This document shows positions 28,618 through 38,145 of a DNA stretch of 64,000 bases, in pieces; positions within the stretch are counted from its first letter, which is position 1; each line of letters begins with the position of its first letter. This stretch comes from Candidatus Krumholzibacteriia bacterium. GTDB taxonomy: Bacteria > Krumholzibacteriota > Krumholzibacteriia > JAJRXK01. The notes under the pieces are model-generated. The model was not told the DNA's origin. It saw only the letters and a list, made by a program, of their open reading frames with translations, and searched no databases. The stretch spans positions 96,001 through 160,000 of the forward strand of contig JBGPIA010000009.1 of the NCBI GenBank assembly GCA_041484665.1, read 5' to 3'. A program made the translations under genes and the position numbers.

Positions 28618-28836
28618 GAACGCAGACAGGGCGCGGCTGCTGGCCGCGCAGGGACGTGGGGATCCCGGCCGAGAGTTCGCCTCACCTCTTCTCCATCCTT
28701 CAGCTCCCACCCGAAGACGTCGCAGGCGGCCAGAGACCGCCCTCGGGCTTCCTCGCGGGGATGGACGCGCCGGCGAGACCGTCGCAACCCTGGAACCTCC
28801 CGGAAGCTGCTCGACCATCGCCCAAGGGGGCGCTTC

Positions 28837-30129
28837 ATGCGCAAGTCGGATCGGATGGTGGCCGTCGTCGTGGCCGCGGTCGCGGGCCTCTCAGCGTGCA
28901 AGAACCCGTTCACCACTTCGGGGCTCCTGTACAACGACCTGCAACAGTACCGCAAGGCCGAGGCCGCGTTCCGGCGCGCTCTCGAGGACAACCCCAAGGA
29001 CAGCGAGGCGCTGTTCAACCTGGCCCGCACGGTGGCGTTCCGGGCCGAGGAAGACCTCAAGAACAGTGCCCGCACCGACGACGAGATCCGCCGGGACCGC
29101 AATCTACAGAAGGACAAGAATCTGGTCGGCCGGCTGGACGACCCGGCTGCCTTCCGGGCCGCCTGCTTCGACTCGGCGAAGGTCCTCTACTCCATGGCCA
29201 CCGAGTTCTACAACAAGGCGGCGGTCGTCGACAGCCTGACCTACGGCAAGCTCGCCCACGACAACATCCAGAGCAACTACTCCCACGCCTTCAACCGCGC
29301 CGTGGCGCTCAAGGACCAGGATCGCTGGGACGAGTCCGCCCGCTACTTCGAGCTGGCGTATGCCGTGGACTCGAGCGGAGAGAACGGCCTGCGCGCTCGC
29401 CGGCCCATCGTCCAGGTGCAGCTCAAGCTGGCCCAGAACGAGCTGCAGGCGGCCAAGACCGACACCGACAACGCGGCACAGGCCCGGGCCGAGGCGCGGG
29501 TCGACGGCGCGGTCAAGATTCTCGACGACATGATCGCCCATTCCTCCGATCCGAAGGCGAAACGCTCGCTGGTCGACGACAAGATCAAGGCGCTGCGGAT
29601 GGTGGGACGCACCGCCGAGGCCGAGGCGCTACGCGAGGGGTTGTTGGCCGAGAACCCCGACGACCTCGAGTTGATCTACGCGATCGCCAACGAGCGCATG
29701 AGCGCCAACAAGTTCGCCGAGGCCGCCGACCTCTACCAGCGCGGGGTGGTGCAGATCGAGAAGGACCCCGGGCTCAATGAGAGCGGGCTGTACGACGACC
29801 TGTACTACCTGCTGGGCCTCTCCCGCTTCCAGACCGGGACACCCGATGGGTATCGGGCTGCCATTCCCGCGTGCGAAAAGGCGCTCGCATTGGCCAAGAC
29901 GAAGGACACCAAGACCGACGTCGTGGAGACATTGGCGCTGAGCAACTTCGAGCTGGAGCAATATGCGCCGGCGATCGAGTACGCCAAGCAGTTGGTGGAG
30001 CTCGTGCCGGCCAACCAACGCGCCTGGGCGGTCCTCTGCCGCGCCTATACGCGCAACAACCAGCCGAAGGAGGCTGAGGAGGCCTGCAAGCGCTACGAGG
30101 AGCTGAAGGGCAGCCAACCGGGCTCATAA
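28837..30129 (+). CDS. Tetratricopeptide-repeat lipoprotein
   Basis: [21 protein letters not shown] has the lipobox LSAC; multiple TPR-like helices follow. Confidence 0.85.
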   Translation: MRKSDRMVAVVVAAVAGLSACKNPFTTSGLLYNDLQQYRKAEAAFRRALEDNPKDSEALFNLARTVAFRAEEDLKNSARTDDEIRRDRNLQKDKNLVGRLDDPAAFRAACFDSAKVLYSMATEFYNKAAVVDSLTYGKLAHDNIQSNYSHAFNRAVALKDQDRWDESARYFELAYAVDSSGENGLRARRPIVQVQLKLAQNELQAAKTDTDNAAQARAEARVDGAVKILDDMIAHSSDPKAKRSLVDDKIKALRMVGRTAEAEALREGLLAENPDDLELIYAIANERMSANKFAEAADLYQRGVVQIEKDPGLNESGLYDDLYYLLGLSRFQTGTPDGYRAAIPACEKALALAKTKDTKTDVVETLALSNFELEQYAPAIEYAKQLVELVPANQRAWAVLCRAYTRNNQPKEAEEACKRYEELKGSQPGS

Positions 30130-30382
30130 GCCCCTCCCGGGGCCGGTTGGCAAGTGGTTTGCAAGGGGTGGGGAGGAGGCCACCCCGCGCGCGCCGCCCC
30201 CGTGGCGGCTTCAAGACGAGCACGGGACAGGATCTTCGTTCCAGGGCCAACCGCCTGGCACCCGCCGGCGGCACGCCCCTCCCATCATCGAGAACGCAAC
30301 CGATAAGAAGCGGTCCTCCCGCCGGAGGACCTCGGCTCTCAGCCGGGCCGCCCGTGCGGCCCAGGCGGCGGAGCCGGAGACG

Positions 30383-31786
30383 GTGCCCGAGCTCGAGCCC
30401 GTCGTCGAGGCCGCGCTGTCTCCTCCACCCCCTCCCATGTCGGAAGACACGATTATGTCCACGGTGAATACCATCGGCAGCTCCGGTACCGGCCAGGACC
30501 TCAACATCGGCGAGCTGAAGCAGAAGAACATCCAGGAGCTGATGCTGATCGCCGAGCAGCACGGCATCGAGGGCGTCGCCCACCTGCGCAAGCAGGAGCT
30601 GATCTTCAAGGTGCTGGAGTCGCAGGCGCAGCACGGCGGGATCATCTACGCCGACGGCGTCTTGCAGGTGCTGGCGGAGGGCTACGGGTTCCTGCGCTCG
30701 CCCGACTACAACTACCTCCCGGGGCCCGATGACATCTATCTGTCGCCCTCGCAGATCAAGAAGTTCGATCTGCGCACCGGCGACACCATCAGTGGCCAGG
30801 TTCGCCCGCCCAAGGAGGGGGAGCGCTACTTCGCGCTTTTGAAGGTCGAGGCGGTCAATTTCGAGAGTCCCGACATCGCCAAGAGCAAGCCGCTGTTCGA
30901 CAACCTCACGGCGCTCTATCCCGACGACCGGTTCTGGCTGGCCGACCGCAATGGCGGCGTCAACGGCAGCGGCAAGGAGGCGGCCGGGCGCAGCGACCTG
31001 AGCATGCGCGTGATCGACCTGCTGTGCCCCATTGGCAAGGGGCAGCGCGGACTGATCGTCTCGCCGCCGCGCGCGGGCAAGACGGTCCTGCTGCAGAAGA
31101 TCGCCAACTCGATCACCAAGAACCATCCCGAGGTGATCCTCATCGTGCTGCTCATCGACGAGCGCCCCGAGGAGGTCACCGACATGGCTCGCACGGTGCG
31201 CGGCGAGGTGGTCAGCTCCACATTCGACGAGCCGGCCGAGCGTCACGTGCAGGTGGCGGGCATGGTGATCAAGAAGGCCAAGCGCCTGGTCGAGCACGGC
31301 CACGACGTGGTGATCCTGCTGGACTCCATCACCCGTCTGGCCCGCGCCCACAACACGGTGGTGCCCCACAGCGGCAAGATCCTCTCCGGCGGCGTGGACG
31401 CCAACGCCTTGCAGCGGCCCAAGCGCTTCTTCGGGGCGGCTCGCAATGTGGAAGAGGGGGGCAGCCTCAGCATCGTCGCCACCGCGCTCATCGACACCGG
31501 CAGCCGCATGGACGAGGTGATCTTCGAGGAGTTCAAGGGCACGGGGAACATGGAGCTGGTGCTCGACCGCAAGCTGGCCGACCGGCGCATCTTCCCGGCG
31601 ATCGACATCTTCAAGAGCGGCACGCGCAAGGAAGAACTCCTGATCGATCCCAAGGAGCTCAACAAGATCTGGATCCTGCGGAAGTTCCTCAACGACCGCA
31701 GCCCGCAGGAGGCCATGGAGTTCCTCCTGGACAAGTTCACCAAGACCGAGAACAACCGGCAGTTTCTCGACTCGATGAACGCCTGA
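30383..31786 (+). CDS. rho: Transcription termination factor Rho
   Basis: [68 protein letters not shown]. Start may be ATG 30437 or 30455. Confidence 0.97.
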   Translation: MPELEPVVEAALSPPPPPMSEDTIMSTVNTIGSSGTGQDLNIGELKQKNIQELMLIAEQHGIEGVAHLRKQELIFKVLESQAQHGGIIYADGVLQVLAEGYGFLRSPDYNYLPGPDDIYLSPSQIKKFDLRTGDTISGQVRPPKEGERYFALLKVEAVNFESPDIAKSKPLFDNLTALYPDDRFWLADRNGGVNGSGKEAAGRSDLSMRVIDLLCPIGKGQRGLIVSPPRAGKTVLLQKIANSITKNHPEVILIVLLIDERPEEVTDMARTVRGEVVSSTFDEPAERHVQVAGMVIKKAKRLVEHGHDVVILLDSITRLARAHNTVVPHSGKILSGGVDANALQRPKRFFGAARNVEEGGSLSIVATALIDTGSRMDEVIFEEFKGTGNMELVLDRKLADRRIFPAIDIFKSGTRKEELLIDPKELNKIWILRKFLNDRSPQEAMEFLLDKFTKTENNRQFLDSMNA

Positions 31787-31934
31787 GCTCGCGCAACGCC
31801 CGAGGATCGCGAGCGCACCAGGTGGCGGCCCGGCCGGGGCCGCGGCCGCGCCGCGCGGCGCCCTGGAAGCGGCCGGCCGCCCGGCCGGGATGGCGCAGCC
31901 GGGATGGCGCCACCTGGCGGGGGTGCGGTGGGTG

Positions 31935-31943
31935 TGCTAGCCT
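31935..31943 (+). promoter_or_regulatory. Putative extended -10 promoter for the rpmE-prfA-prmC operon
   Basis: TG-c-TAGCCT about 80 nt upstream of the rpmE ATG. Confidence 0.45.
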
Positions 31944-32023
31944 TGTCCGTCCGGCCACTGGCGGCCGGGATCCCGGGGGCACCGCTAATGGCGCCCCGTT
32001 ACCGTGAGGACGCAGCAGAGGCC

Positions 32024-32248
32024 ATGAAGCAGGGCATCCATCCCGAATACAAGCTGACGCGCATCATCTGCCTGTGCGGCAACGTGGTCGAGACGCGCTC
32101 GACCGCCGGCAAGGATATCCACGTGGAGATCTGCTCCACCTGCCACCCGTTCTTCACGGGCAAGCAGAAGATCGTGGACACCGCCGGGCGCGTGGAGCGA
32201 TTCCGCCGCCGCTACAAGGAAGGCGCCGGCAAGCCGGCCACCAAGTAG
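32024..32248 (+). CDS. rpmE: 50S ribosomal protein L31 (zinc-binding type)
   Basis: [32 protein letters not shown]. Confidence 0.97.
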   Translation: MKQGIHPEYKLTRIICLCGNVVETRSTAGKDIHVEICSTCHPFFTGKQKIVDTAGRVERFRRRYKEGAGKPATK

Positions 32249-32321
32249 ACCGACCCCCCCACCGTCCCGCTCGCGCGCGCCGCGCTCCGCGGGGCGCCCT
32301 CGAGCGCAGCCCAGGTGCCCG

Positions 32322-33281
32322 ATGACCGACCGTACCCGGTCGTTCGATCCACGCAGCCTCGACCTGGCCGTGGGCGGCCAGGCCGTGATCGAGGGCGTCA
32401 TGATGCGCTGCCCCACTGCGGTGGCGACCGCCGTGCGCACTCCGGGGGGCGGGATCGTGGTACGCCGCCGTCCGTACAGTAGTGCCACGCGCCGACTGCG
32501 CCTGGGCAAGGTGCCCTTCGTGCGCGGTGCGGTAACCCTGGTCGAGACCATGGCGGTCGGTCTGGGCAGCCTGATGTTCAGCGCCGAGCAGGCCATGGAG
32601 GACCAGGTCGTGACACAGAAGAAGGCCTCCACGACCGACCGGCTGATGCTGGCCGGCACGGTGGTGGTGGCCTTCGCCGTCAGCCTGGCGCTGTTCTTCT
32701 TCCTCCCGCTCTTGTTGACCGAGCTCACGGGCGTGCGCAGCGGGCTGGGGTTCAACCTGATCGACGGGGCGCTGCGCCTGGGCGTGTTCCTGCTCTACCT
32801 GATCGCCATGTCGCGGCTACCGGATATGAAGCGCTTGTTCCAGTACCACGGGGCCGAGCACAAGACGATCCACACCTTCGAGAACGGCCTCCCGCTCACC
32901 CCGGACAACGCCCAGCGCTTCCCGACCCTGCACCCGCGCTGCGGCACCAGCTTCCTGTTCTTCGTGATGCTGACCAGCGTGCTGGTCTTCCTCACGCTGG
33001 GGAGGCCCGACAACCTGGGGGAGCGGCTCCAGCGGCTGGCCTTCGTGCCGGTGATCGGCGGGATCGCCTACGAGGTGATCCGCCTCAGCGGGCGCTACGC
33101 CAAGGCGGTGTGGATCCGGCCTCTGATCTGGCCGGGCCTGATGCTGCAGAAGCTCACCACCAGCGAGCCGAGCCGCGAGCAGCTCGAGGTGGCGATCGCG
33201 GCGCTCACCTCGGTGCTCGACGTGCAGGCTGCCGACTTCGCCGAGAAGACCTACCTGGAGCTCGCCCAGGCGGCATCCTGA
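32322..33281 (+). CDS. DUF1385 (YqhQ-like) membrane protein
   Basis: GGQAVIEGVMM, FQYHGAEHK, HPRCGTSF, LQKLTTSEP; usual position between rpmE and prfA. Confidence 0.92.
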   Translation: MTDRTRSFDPRSLDLAVGGQAVIEGVMMRCPTAVATAVRTPGGGIVVRRRPYSSATRRLRLGKVPFVRGAVTLVETMAVGLGSLMFSAEQAMEDQVVTQKKASTTDRLMLAGTVVVAFAVSLALFFFLPLLLTELTGVRSGLGFNLIDGALRLGVFLLYLIAMSRLPDMKRLFQYHGAEHKTIHTFENGLPLTPDNAQRFPTLHPRCGTSFLFFVMLTSVLVFLTLGRPDNLGERLQRLAFVPVIGGIAYEVIRLSGRYAKAVWIRPLIWPGLMLQKLTTSEPSREQLEVAIAALTSVLDVQAADFAEKTYLELAQAAS

Positions 33282-33315
33282 ACCGCCGCGCGCGCGGGCG
33301 CGCCGCAGGCGCACT

Positions 33316-34524
33316 GTGGCCGAAAGCTCCATGCGCGAGATCCTCCAAGCCAAACTGGCGCGCCTGAGCGACCTGGAGCGGGCGCTCGCCGACCCGGCGC
33401 TGGTCAACGACCGCGTGCGCTACCGCGAGGTCAACCAGGAGTACGCCCAGTTGCGCGAGCTGGGGCAGCACGCCACGCGTTACCTGCAGATGCTCGACGG
33501 GCTGCAGGGGGCGCGGTCGTTGCTCGAGTCGGAGACGGATCCGGAGATGCGGGCACTGGCCAAGGACGAGCTGACGCAGCTCGAGGCCGAACTCCCCCCC
33601 CTGGAGCGCACGCTCAAGGAACTGCTGCTGCCCCGGGACCCCGACGACTCCCGTGATGCGATCCTGGAGGTGCGCGCCGGAACGGGCGGCGAGGAGGCGG
33701 CGCTGTTCGCCCAGGAGGTCGCCCGCATGTACCAGCGCTACGCCGAGCGGCGCCGCTGGAAGATGGAGATGCTGCAGCTCTCCGCCTCGGCCACGGGTGG
33801 CATCAAGGAGGCGATCTTCAGCCTGCAGGGGGAGAACGCCTACGGCACGCTGCGCAACGAGAGCGGCGTGCACCGCGTCCAGCGCGTGCCCGTGACCGAG
33901 AGCAGCGGCCGTATCCATACCTCCGCGTGCTCGGTGGCCGTGCTGCCCGAGGCGGAGGAGGTCGAGGTGCAGATCAGCCCCCAGGACCTGCGGATCGACG
34001 TGTTCCGCAGTGGTGGGCCCGGCGGCCAGAGCGTCAAAACCACCGACAGCGCCGTGCGGGTGACGCACGTTCCCACCGGCATGATCGTGATCTGCCAGGA
34101 CGAGAAGAGCCAGCACAAGAACAAGGCCAAGGCGCTGAAGGTGCTGCGCGCGCGCCTGTACGAGCGGGCGCGCAGCGAGCAGCTCGAGAAGGAGGCCGCA
34201 GCGCGCCGCCAGCAGGTGGGGACCGGCGACCGCAGCGAGAAGATCCGCACGTACAACTTCCCCCAATCGCGCGTCACCGACCATCGCGTCGGGTACACCA
34301 CGCACAATCTGCAGGACGTCCTCGACGGCAACCTCGACGAGCTCCTCCAGGTCGTGATCGCGCACTTCCGCGAGCGGCGCCTGGCCCAGAGCGCGCAGGG
34401 CCAGCCCAGCACGCTGAGCATGCCGGGTGGACCCGGCGCGACCGGCACGTCCAGCGCCTCTGGCGTGCCGAGCGCCCCGGGCGCCCGCGGCGCGGGGAGC
34501 CCCCCGGGCACCCCGGGCTCGTAG
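33316..34524 (+). CDS. prfA: Peptide chain release factor 1
   Basis: EVRAGTGGEEAALF, ESGVHRVQRVPVTES (PxT), GGPGGQ, GDRSEKIRTYNFPQSRVTDHR. Confidence 0.96.
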   Translation: MAESSMREILQAKLARLSDLERALADPALVNDRVRYREVNQEYAQLRELGQHATRYLQMLDGLQGARSLLESETDPEMRALAKDELTQLEAELPPLERTLKELLLPRDPDDSRDAILEVRAGTGGEEAALFAQEVARMYQRYAERRRWKMEMLQLSASATGGIKEAIFSLQGENAYGTLRNESGVHRVQRVPVTESSGRIHTSACSVAVLPEAEEVEVQISPQDLRIDVFRSGGPGGQSVKTTDSAVRVTHVPTGMIVICQDEKSQHKNKAKALKVLRARLYERARSEQLEKEAAARRQQVGTGDRSEKIRTYNFPQSRVTDHRVGYTTHNLQDVLDGNLDELLQVVIAHFRERRLAQSAQGQPSTLSMPGGPGATGTSSASGVPSAPGARGAGSPPGTPGS

Positions 34525-34527
34525 GCG

Positions 34528-35439
34528 ATGGCCGCGGACGGCCGGCCAGAGCAGCGGCAGTTGTGGACGCCGCTCGCCCTGATCAAGGTCTGCGCCGAGT
34601 ACCTCGCCGAGCATCACGTGCCCTCACCGCGGCTGAATGCGGAGCTCCTGCTCTCCCATGTGCTGGGGGTGCCGCGGTTGAAGCTCTATCTGGATTTCGA
34701 GCGGCCGATCGTCCAGGGCGAGCTGGACCGCTACCGCGACCTCGTTCGCCAACGCGGCCGCCGCGTGCCGCTGCAGTTGCTCACCGGCGAGGCGCACCTG
34801 CTGGACCTCACGCTCACGGTGCGGCCCGGCGTGTTCATCCCGCGGCCGGAGACCGAGACGCTGATCGAGGTGGCGCGGGGACTGTTCGCGGCCGACGCGC
34901 CGCCGCGGACGATCGTGGAGGTGGGCATCGGGACGGGCTGCATCGGGATCGCGCTGCTCGCGCACTGGCCGTCGGCGAGACTCACCGGGTTCGACCTGGA
35001 CGGGGCAGCCGTCGAGCTGGCGCGTGCCAACGCGCAGCGACTGGGAGTTGCGGAGCGCGCGACGTTCGCGGCGGGGGACCCGCTGGGGGAGGCCGCGGCG
35101 GGTCAAAGCGCCGGTATGGACGTGACCGGCGACTGTGACCTGCTCGTCTCCAACCCACCCTACGTGCGCCGCGCGGACATCGCTGGCCTGCCCCCCGAGG
35201 TGCGCGACCACGATCCGCACGCCGCGCTCGACGGCGGGCTGGACGGACTGGAGGTGATCCGGCGCCTGGTGACCTGGGGCGCGCGGGCGCTGCGCCGGGG
35301 CGGCTGGATGGTCTTCGAGCACGGCGACGAGCAGGCGAACGCGTGCGCTGCGCTGCTTGCAGCCGCCGGGTTCGCGGCGGTCGTCGACCACCATGACCTC
35401 GGCGGGCGGCCGCGGGTGGCGGTGGGCCGCTGGGCCTGA
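34528..35439 (+). CDS. prmC: Release factor glutamine methyltransferase
   Basis: VFIPRPETE, EVGIGTGCI, VSNPPY, ALDGGLDGL; directly after prfA. Confidence 0.95.
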   Translation: MAADGRPEQRQLWTPLALIKVCAEYLAEHHVPSPRLNAELLLSHVLGVPRLKLYLDFERPIVQGELDRYRDLVRQRGRRVPLQLLTGEAHLLDLTLTVRPGVFIPRPETETLIEVARGLFAADAPPRTIVEVGIGTGCIGIALLAHWPSARLTGFDLDGAAVELARANAQRLGVAERATFAAGDPLGEAAAGQSAGMDVTGDCDLLVSNPPYVRRADIAGLPPEVRDHDPHAALDGGLDGLEVIRRLVTWGARALRRGGWMVFEHGDEQANACAALLAAAGFAAVVDHHDLGGRPRVAVGRWA

Positions 35440-35537
35440 CCGGCCGCTGGCGCCGGGGCGGGTCGTTGGTGCCGCTGGGCCGGGCCCACCCGCCTAGCGG
35501 TGGCTCCACGCACGCTTCGCCCGGTCGCACCTTGCAT

Positions 35538-35546
35538 TGGTAATCT
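35538..35546 (+). promoter_or_regulatory. Putative extended -10 promoter for the DRG-like GTPase
   Basis: TG-g-TAATCT in an intergenic region about 125 nt before ATG 35673. Confidence 0.5.
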
Positions 35547-35672
35547 GGTGGCGGAGGATGCGTGGAGCTTGCCGCTGCGCGTCCGACCGCCCAGTGTACC
35601 GGGGGGACCAGTTCGCGCTGCAGCCAGACCCGGGGTCCAGCCCCCCGCGGGGGAAGGGAATCCGCCCAGACC

Positions 35673-36758
35673 ATGCCCGCCAATCTCTCTCCCGACTACA
35701 AAAAGGCCGAGGCGGAGTACCGCAAGTCGCGTGACGCGCACGAGCGCCTGGACCTGCTGCGCGAGATGCTCAAGACGATCCCCAAGCACAAGGGGACCGA
35801 GCACATCCAGGCCGACATCAAGGCGCGCATCAAGGAGCTCACCGAGGAGCTGGCTGCCCCACACAAGGGCGGCGCGCGCACCGGGCCGGCGCAGGCCGTG
35901 CGTCCCGAGGGCGCGGCGCAGATCGCGCTGCTCGGGCCGCCGAACGCGGGCAAGTCGAGCCTGCACGCACGCCTGACCCATTCCCATGCCGAGATCGGCC
36001 CGTACCCGTTCACCACGAAGGCGCCGAGGGCCGGCATGCTCCCGCACGAGGACATCCACTTCCAACTGGTGGATCTGCCGCCCTTGTCGGCGGAGTTCAT
36101 GGAGCCGTGGATGCCCAATGCACTGCAGCCGGCCGACGCCGCGCTCCTGGTGATCGACTTGAGCGATCCTGCGTGCGTCGAGCAGGTCGCGGCGATCCGT
36201 GAGCGCCTCGACGCCAAGCGCGTCACGCTGGAGGAGCGCTGGGGCGCGGCGGTGCAGGCGGGGACGCGCAGCCGCGACGCGGGGCACTTGACCGCGGCCT
36301 TTGCCACGCACGCGACGGCAGACGACGGCGGCGATGACCAGGAGCTCGCCGATCCTTTCCGCATCCACCTGCCCACGCTGCTGCTGGCCAACAAGTGCGA
36401 TCTCGATCCCGATCCGGCGGAGGCCGAGGTGCTCGAGGAGCTGCTGGGCGTGCGCTACCCGGCGCTGTCAGTCTCGGCCACCACGGGGCAGGGGCTGGAT
36501 CGGATTGCGCCGTTCTTGTTCGAGGGGTTGGGTATCGTGCGCGTCTACACCAAGGCGCCCGGGAAACCGCCTGCCACAGGTCGTCCCTACACGCTGCGCC
36601 GCGGCGAGACCGTCACCCACGTGGCGCGCCTGGTGCACCGCGAGCTGGCCGCGTCGCTCAAATTCGCGCGCGTCTGGGGCAGCGGAGAGTTCCAGGGGCA
36701 GCAGGTGGGGCGCGAGCACGTGGTGCAGGACGGCGACATCGTCGAGCTGCACACTTAG
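35673..36758 (+). CDS. DRG/Rbg-family (OBG class) GTPase with C-terminal TGS domain
   Basis: MPANL...EMLKTIPKHKGTEH N-terminus typical of DRG-like proteins; G1 GPPNAGKS, G2 YPFTT, G3 DLPP, G4 NKCD, G5 SA; TGS (VRVYTK...FARVWG...GQQVGREHVVQDGDIVELH). Confidence 0.9.
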   Translation: MPANLSPDYKKAEAEYRKSRDAHERLDLLREMLKTIPKHKGTEHIQADIKARIKELTEELAAPHKGGARTGPAQAVRPEGAAQIALLGPPNAGKSSLHARLTHSHAEIGPYPFTTKAPRAGMLPHEDIHFQLVDLPPLSAEFMEPWMPNALQPADAALLVIDLSDPACVEQVAAIRERLDAKRVTLEERWGAAVQAGTRSRDAGHLTAAFATHATADDGGDDQELADPFRIHLPTLLLANKCDLDPDPAEAEVLEELLGVRYPALSVSATTGQGLDRIAPFLFEGLGIVRVYTKAPGKPPATGRPYTLRRGETVTHVARLVHRELAASLKFARVWGSGEFQGQQVGREHVVQDGDIVELHT

Positions 36759-36789
36759 CGCCGCTTTCAACCCGGGGCGTGGCGCTCTC

Positions 36790-36818
36790 TTGTTCCGTGC
36801 GGGTCGGGGCCCTACCAT
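36790..36818 (+). promoter_or_regulatory. Putative sigma70 promoter for murA-selB
   Basis: TTGTTC-N17-TACCAT. Confidence 0.5.
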
Positions 36819-36879
36819 CCGCGGGGTTCCCCATTCCCCAGCTCTCCACCGATCACCTCGGCCCCACCCGGGAGCAGCG

Positions 36880-38145
36880 ATGGACCGCTTCGAGATCACC
36901 GGCCCCAGCACGATCAGAGGATCCGTGCGGGTGAGCGGCGCCAAGAACGCCGTGCTTCCGCTCATGGCGGCCACGCTGCTCACGCGCGGCGTGAGTCGCA
37001 TTCGAAACGTCCCTGACCTGCGCGACACCAAGACCATGGGCAAAGTCCTCGCCGCGATCGGCGCGCGGATCGAGCACGGCGCTGGCACGCTCACCGTCGA
37101 CACGCGCGCGGCCGAGGGGATGGAGGCGCCCTACGACCTGGTCAAGACCATGCGCGCAAGCATCTATGTGCTAGGACCCCTGCTCGCCGCGCGGGGCCGC
37201 GCCCGGGTGAGCCTGCCCGGCGGCTGCGCCTGGGGGCCGCGCCCGGTCGACCTCCACATCAAGGGCATGGAGGCCCTGGGCGCGAAGATCGAGCTCGAGG
37301 AAGGCTACATCGTCGCCACGGCCGACCGCCTGCGCGGGGCGGAGTTCAGCTTCGAGACCAGCAGCGTGGGCGCCACCGCCAACGTGCTCATGGCCGCCGT
37401 GCTCGCCAAGGGCAGAACCGTCCTTGAGAACGCCGCGCGCGAGCCGGAGGTCACCCAGTTGGCCGAGGCGTTGGTGTTGATGGGCGCAAAGATCGACGGC
37501 CTGGGCACCACGCGCCTGGAGATCGAGGGCGTCAGCGCGCTGCATCCCGCCGATCTGGCCGTCATCCCCGACCGCATCGAGGCGGGAACGTTCCTGACGG
37601 CGGCAGCGATCCTGCGCAGCAAGATCGCGGTCGAGGGCTGCCGCCCCGACCACATGGGCGCGACCCTCGACGTGCTGACCGCCATGGGCTGCGAGCTGGA
37701 GGCCGAGGACGACATCGTGAGCATCGACGGGAGCGCTGCCAACCGGCCGGTCAATGCCGTGACGCGACCCTTCCCCGGCTTCGCCACCGACATGCAGGCG
37801 CAGATGATGGCCGTCGCCTCGCTGCTGCCCGGGATCAGCGTCATCACCGACACGATCTACCCCGACCGCTTCACACACGTCGCCGAGCTGCGCCGCCTGG
37901 GCGCCAACATCCGCCTGGATGGCAGCTCCGCGGTGGTCCGCGGCGTGGAGACGCTCAAGGGCGCCCCCGTGATGGCCACCGACCTGCGTGCCTCGGCGGC
38001 GCTGATCCTCGCCGGCATGGCCGCCCACGGAACGACGCTGCTCGAGCGCGTCTACCACATCGACCGTGGCTACGAGGCCATCGAGAAGAAGCTGCAGGCG
38101 CTGGGGGCCTCGATCGAGCGCGTGCCCGGGCCGCCGACGCCGTGA
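36880..38145 (+). CDS. murA: UDP-N-acetylglucosamine 1-carboxyvinyltransferase
   Basis: SGAKNAVLP, MRASIYVLGPLL, LPGGCAWGPRPVDLH (catalytic Cys present), PDRIEAGT, FPGFATDMQAQ, TDLRASA, HIDRGY. Confidence 0.97.
   Translation: MDRFEITGPSTIRGSVRVSGAKNAVLPLMAATLLTRGVSRIRNVPDLRDTKTMGKVLAAIGARIEHGAGTLTVDTRAAEGMEAPYDLVKTMRASIYVLGPLLAARGRARVSLPGGCAWGPRPVDLHIKGMEALGAKIELEEGYIVATADRLRGAEFSFETSSVGATANVLMAAVLAKGRTVLENAAREPEVTQLAEALVLMGAKIDGLGTTRLEIEGVSALHPADLAVIPDRIEAGTFLTAAAILRSKIAVEGCRPDHMGATLDVLTAMGCELEAEDDIVSIDGSAANRPVNAVTRPFPGFATDMQAQMMAVASLLPGISVITDTIYPDRFTHVAELRRLGANIRLDGSSAVVRGVETLKGAPVMATDLRASAALILAGMAAHGTTLLERVYHIDRGYEAIEKKLQALGASIERVPGPPTP

Noticed and set aside
31790..31920. Long-range inverted repeat after rho (CCAGGTGGCG / CGCCACCTGG)
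   Set aside because: No U-tract and extremely GC-rich, so not supportable as an intrinsic terminator or ncRNA.
35547..35672. GC-rich stems in the DRG leader as a possible riboswitch
   Set aside because: Pairings are possible but match no aptamer I recognise, and are expected by chance at this GC content.
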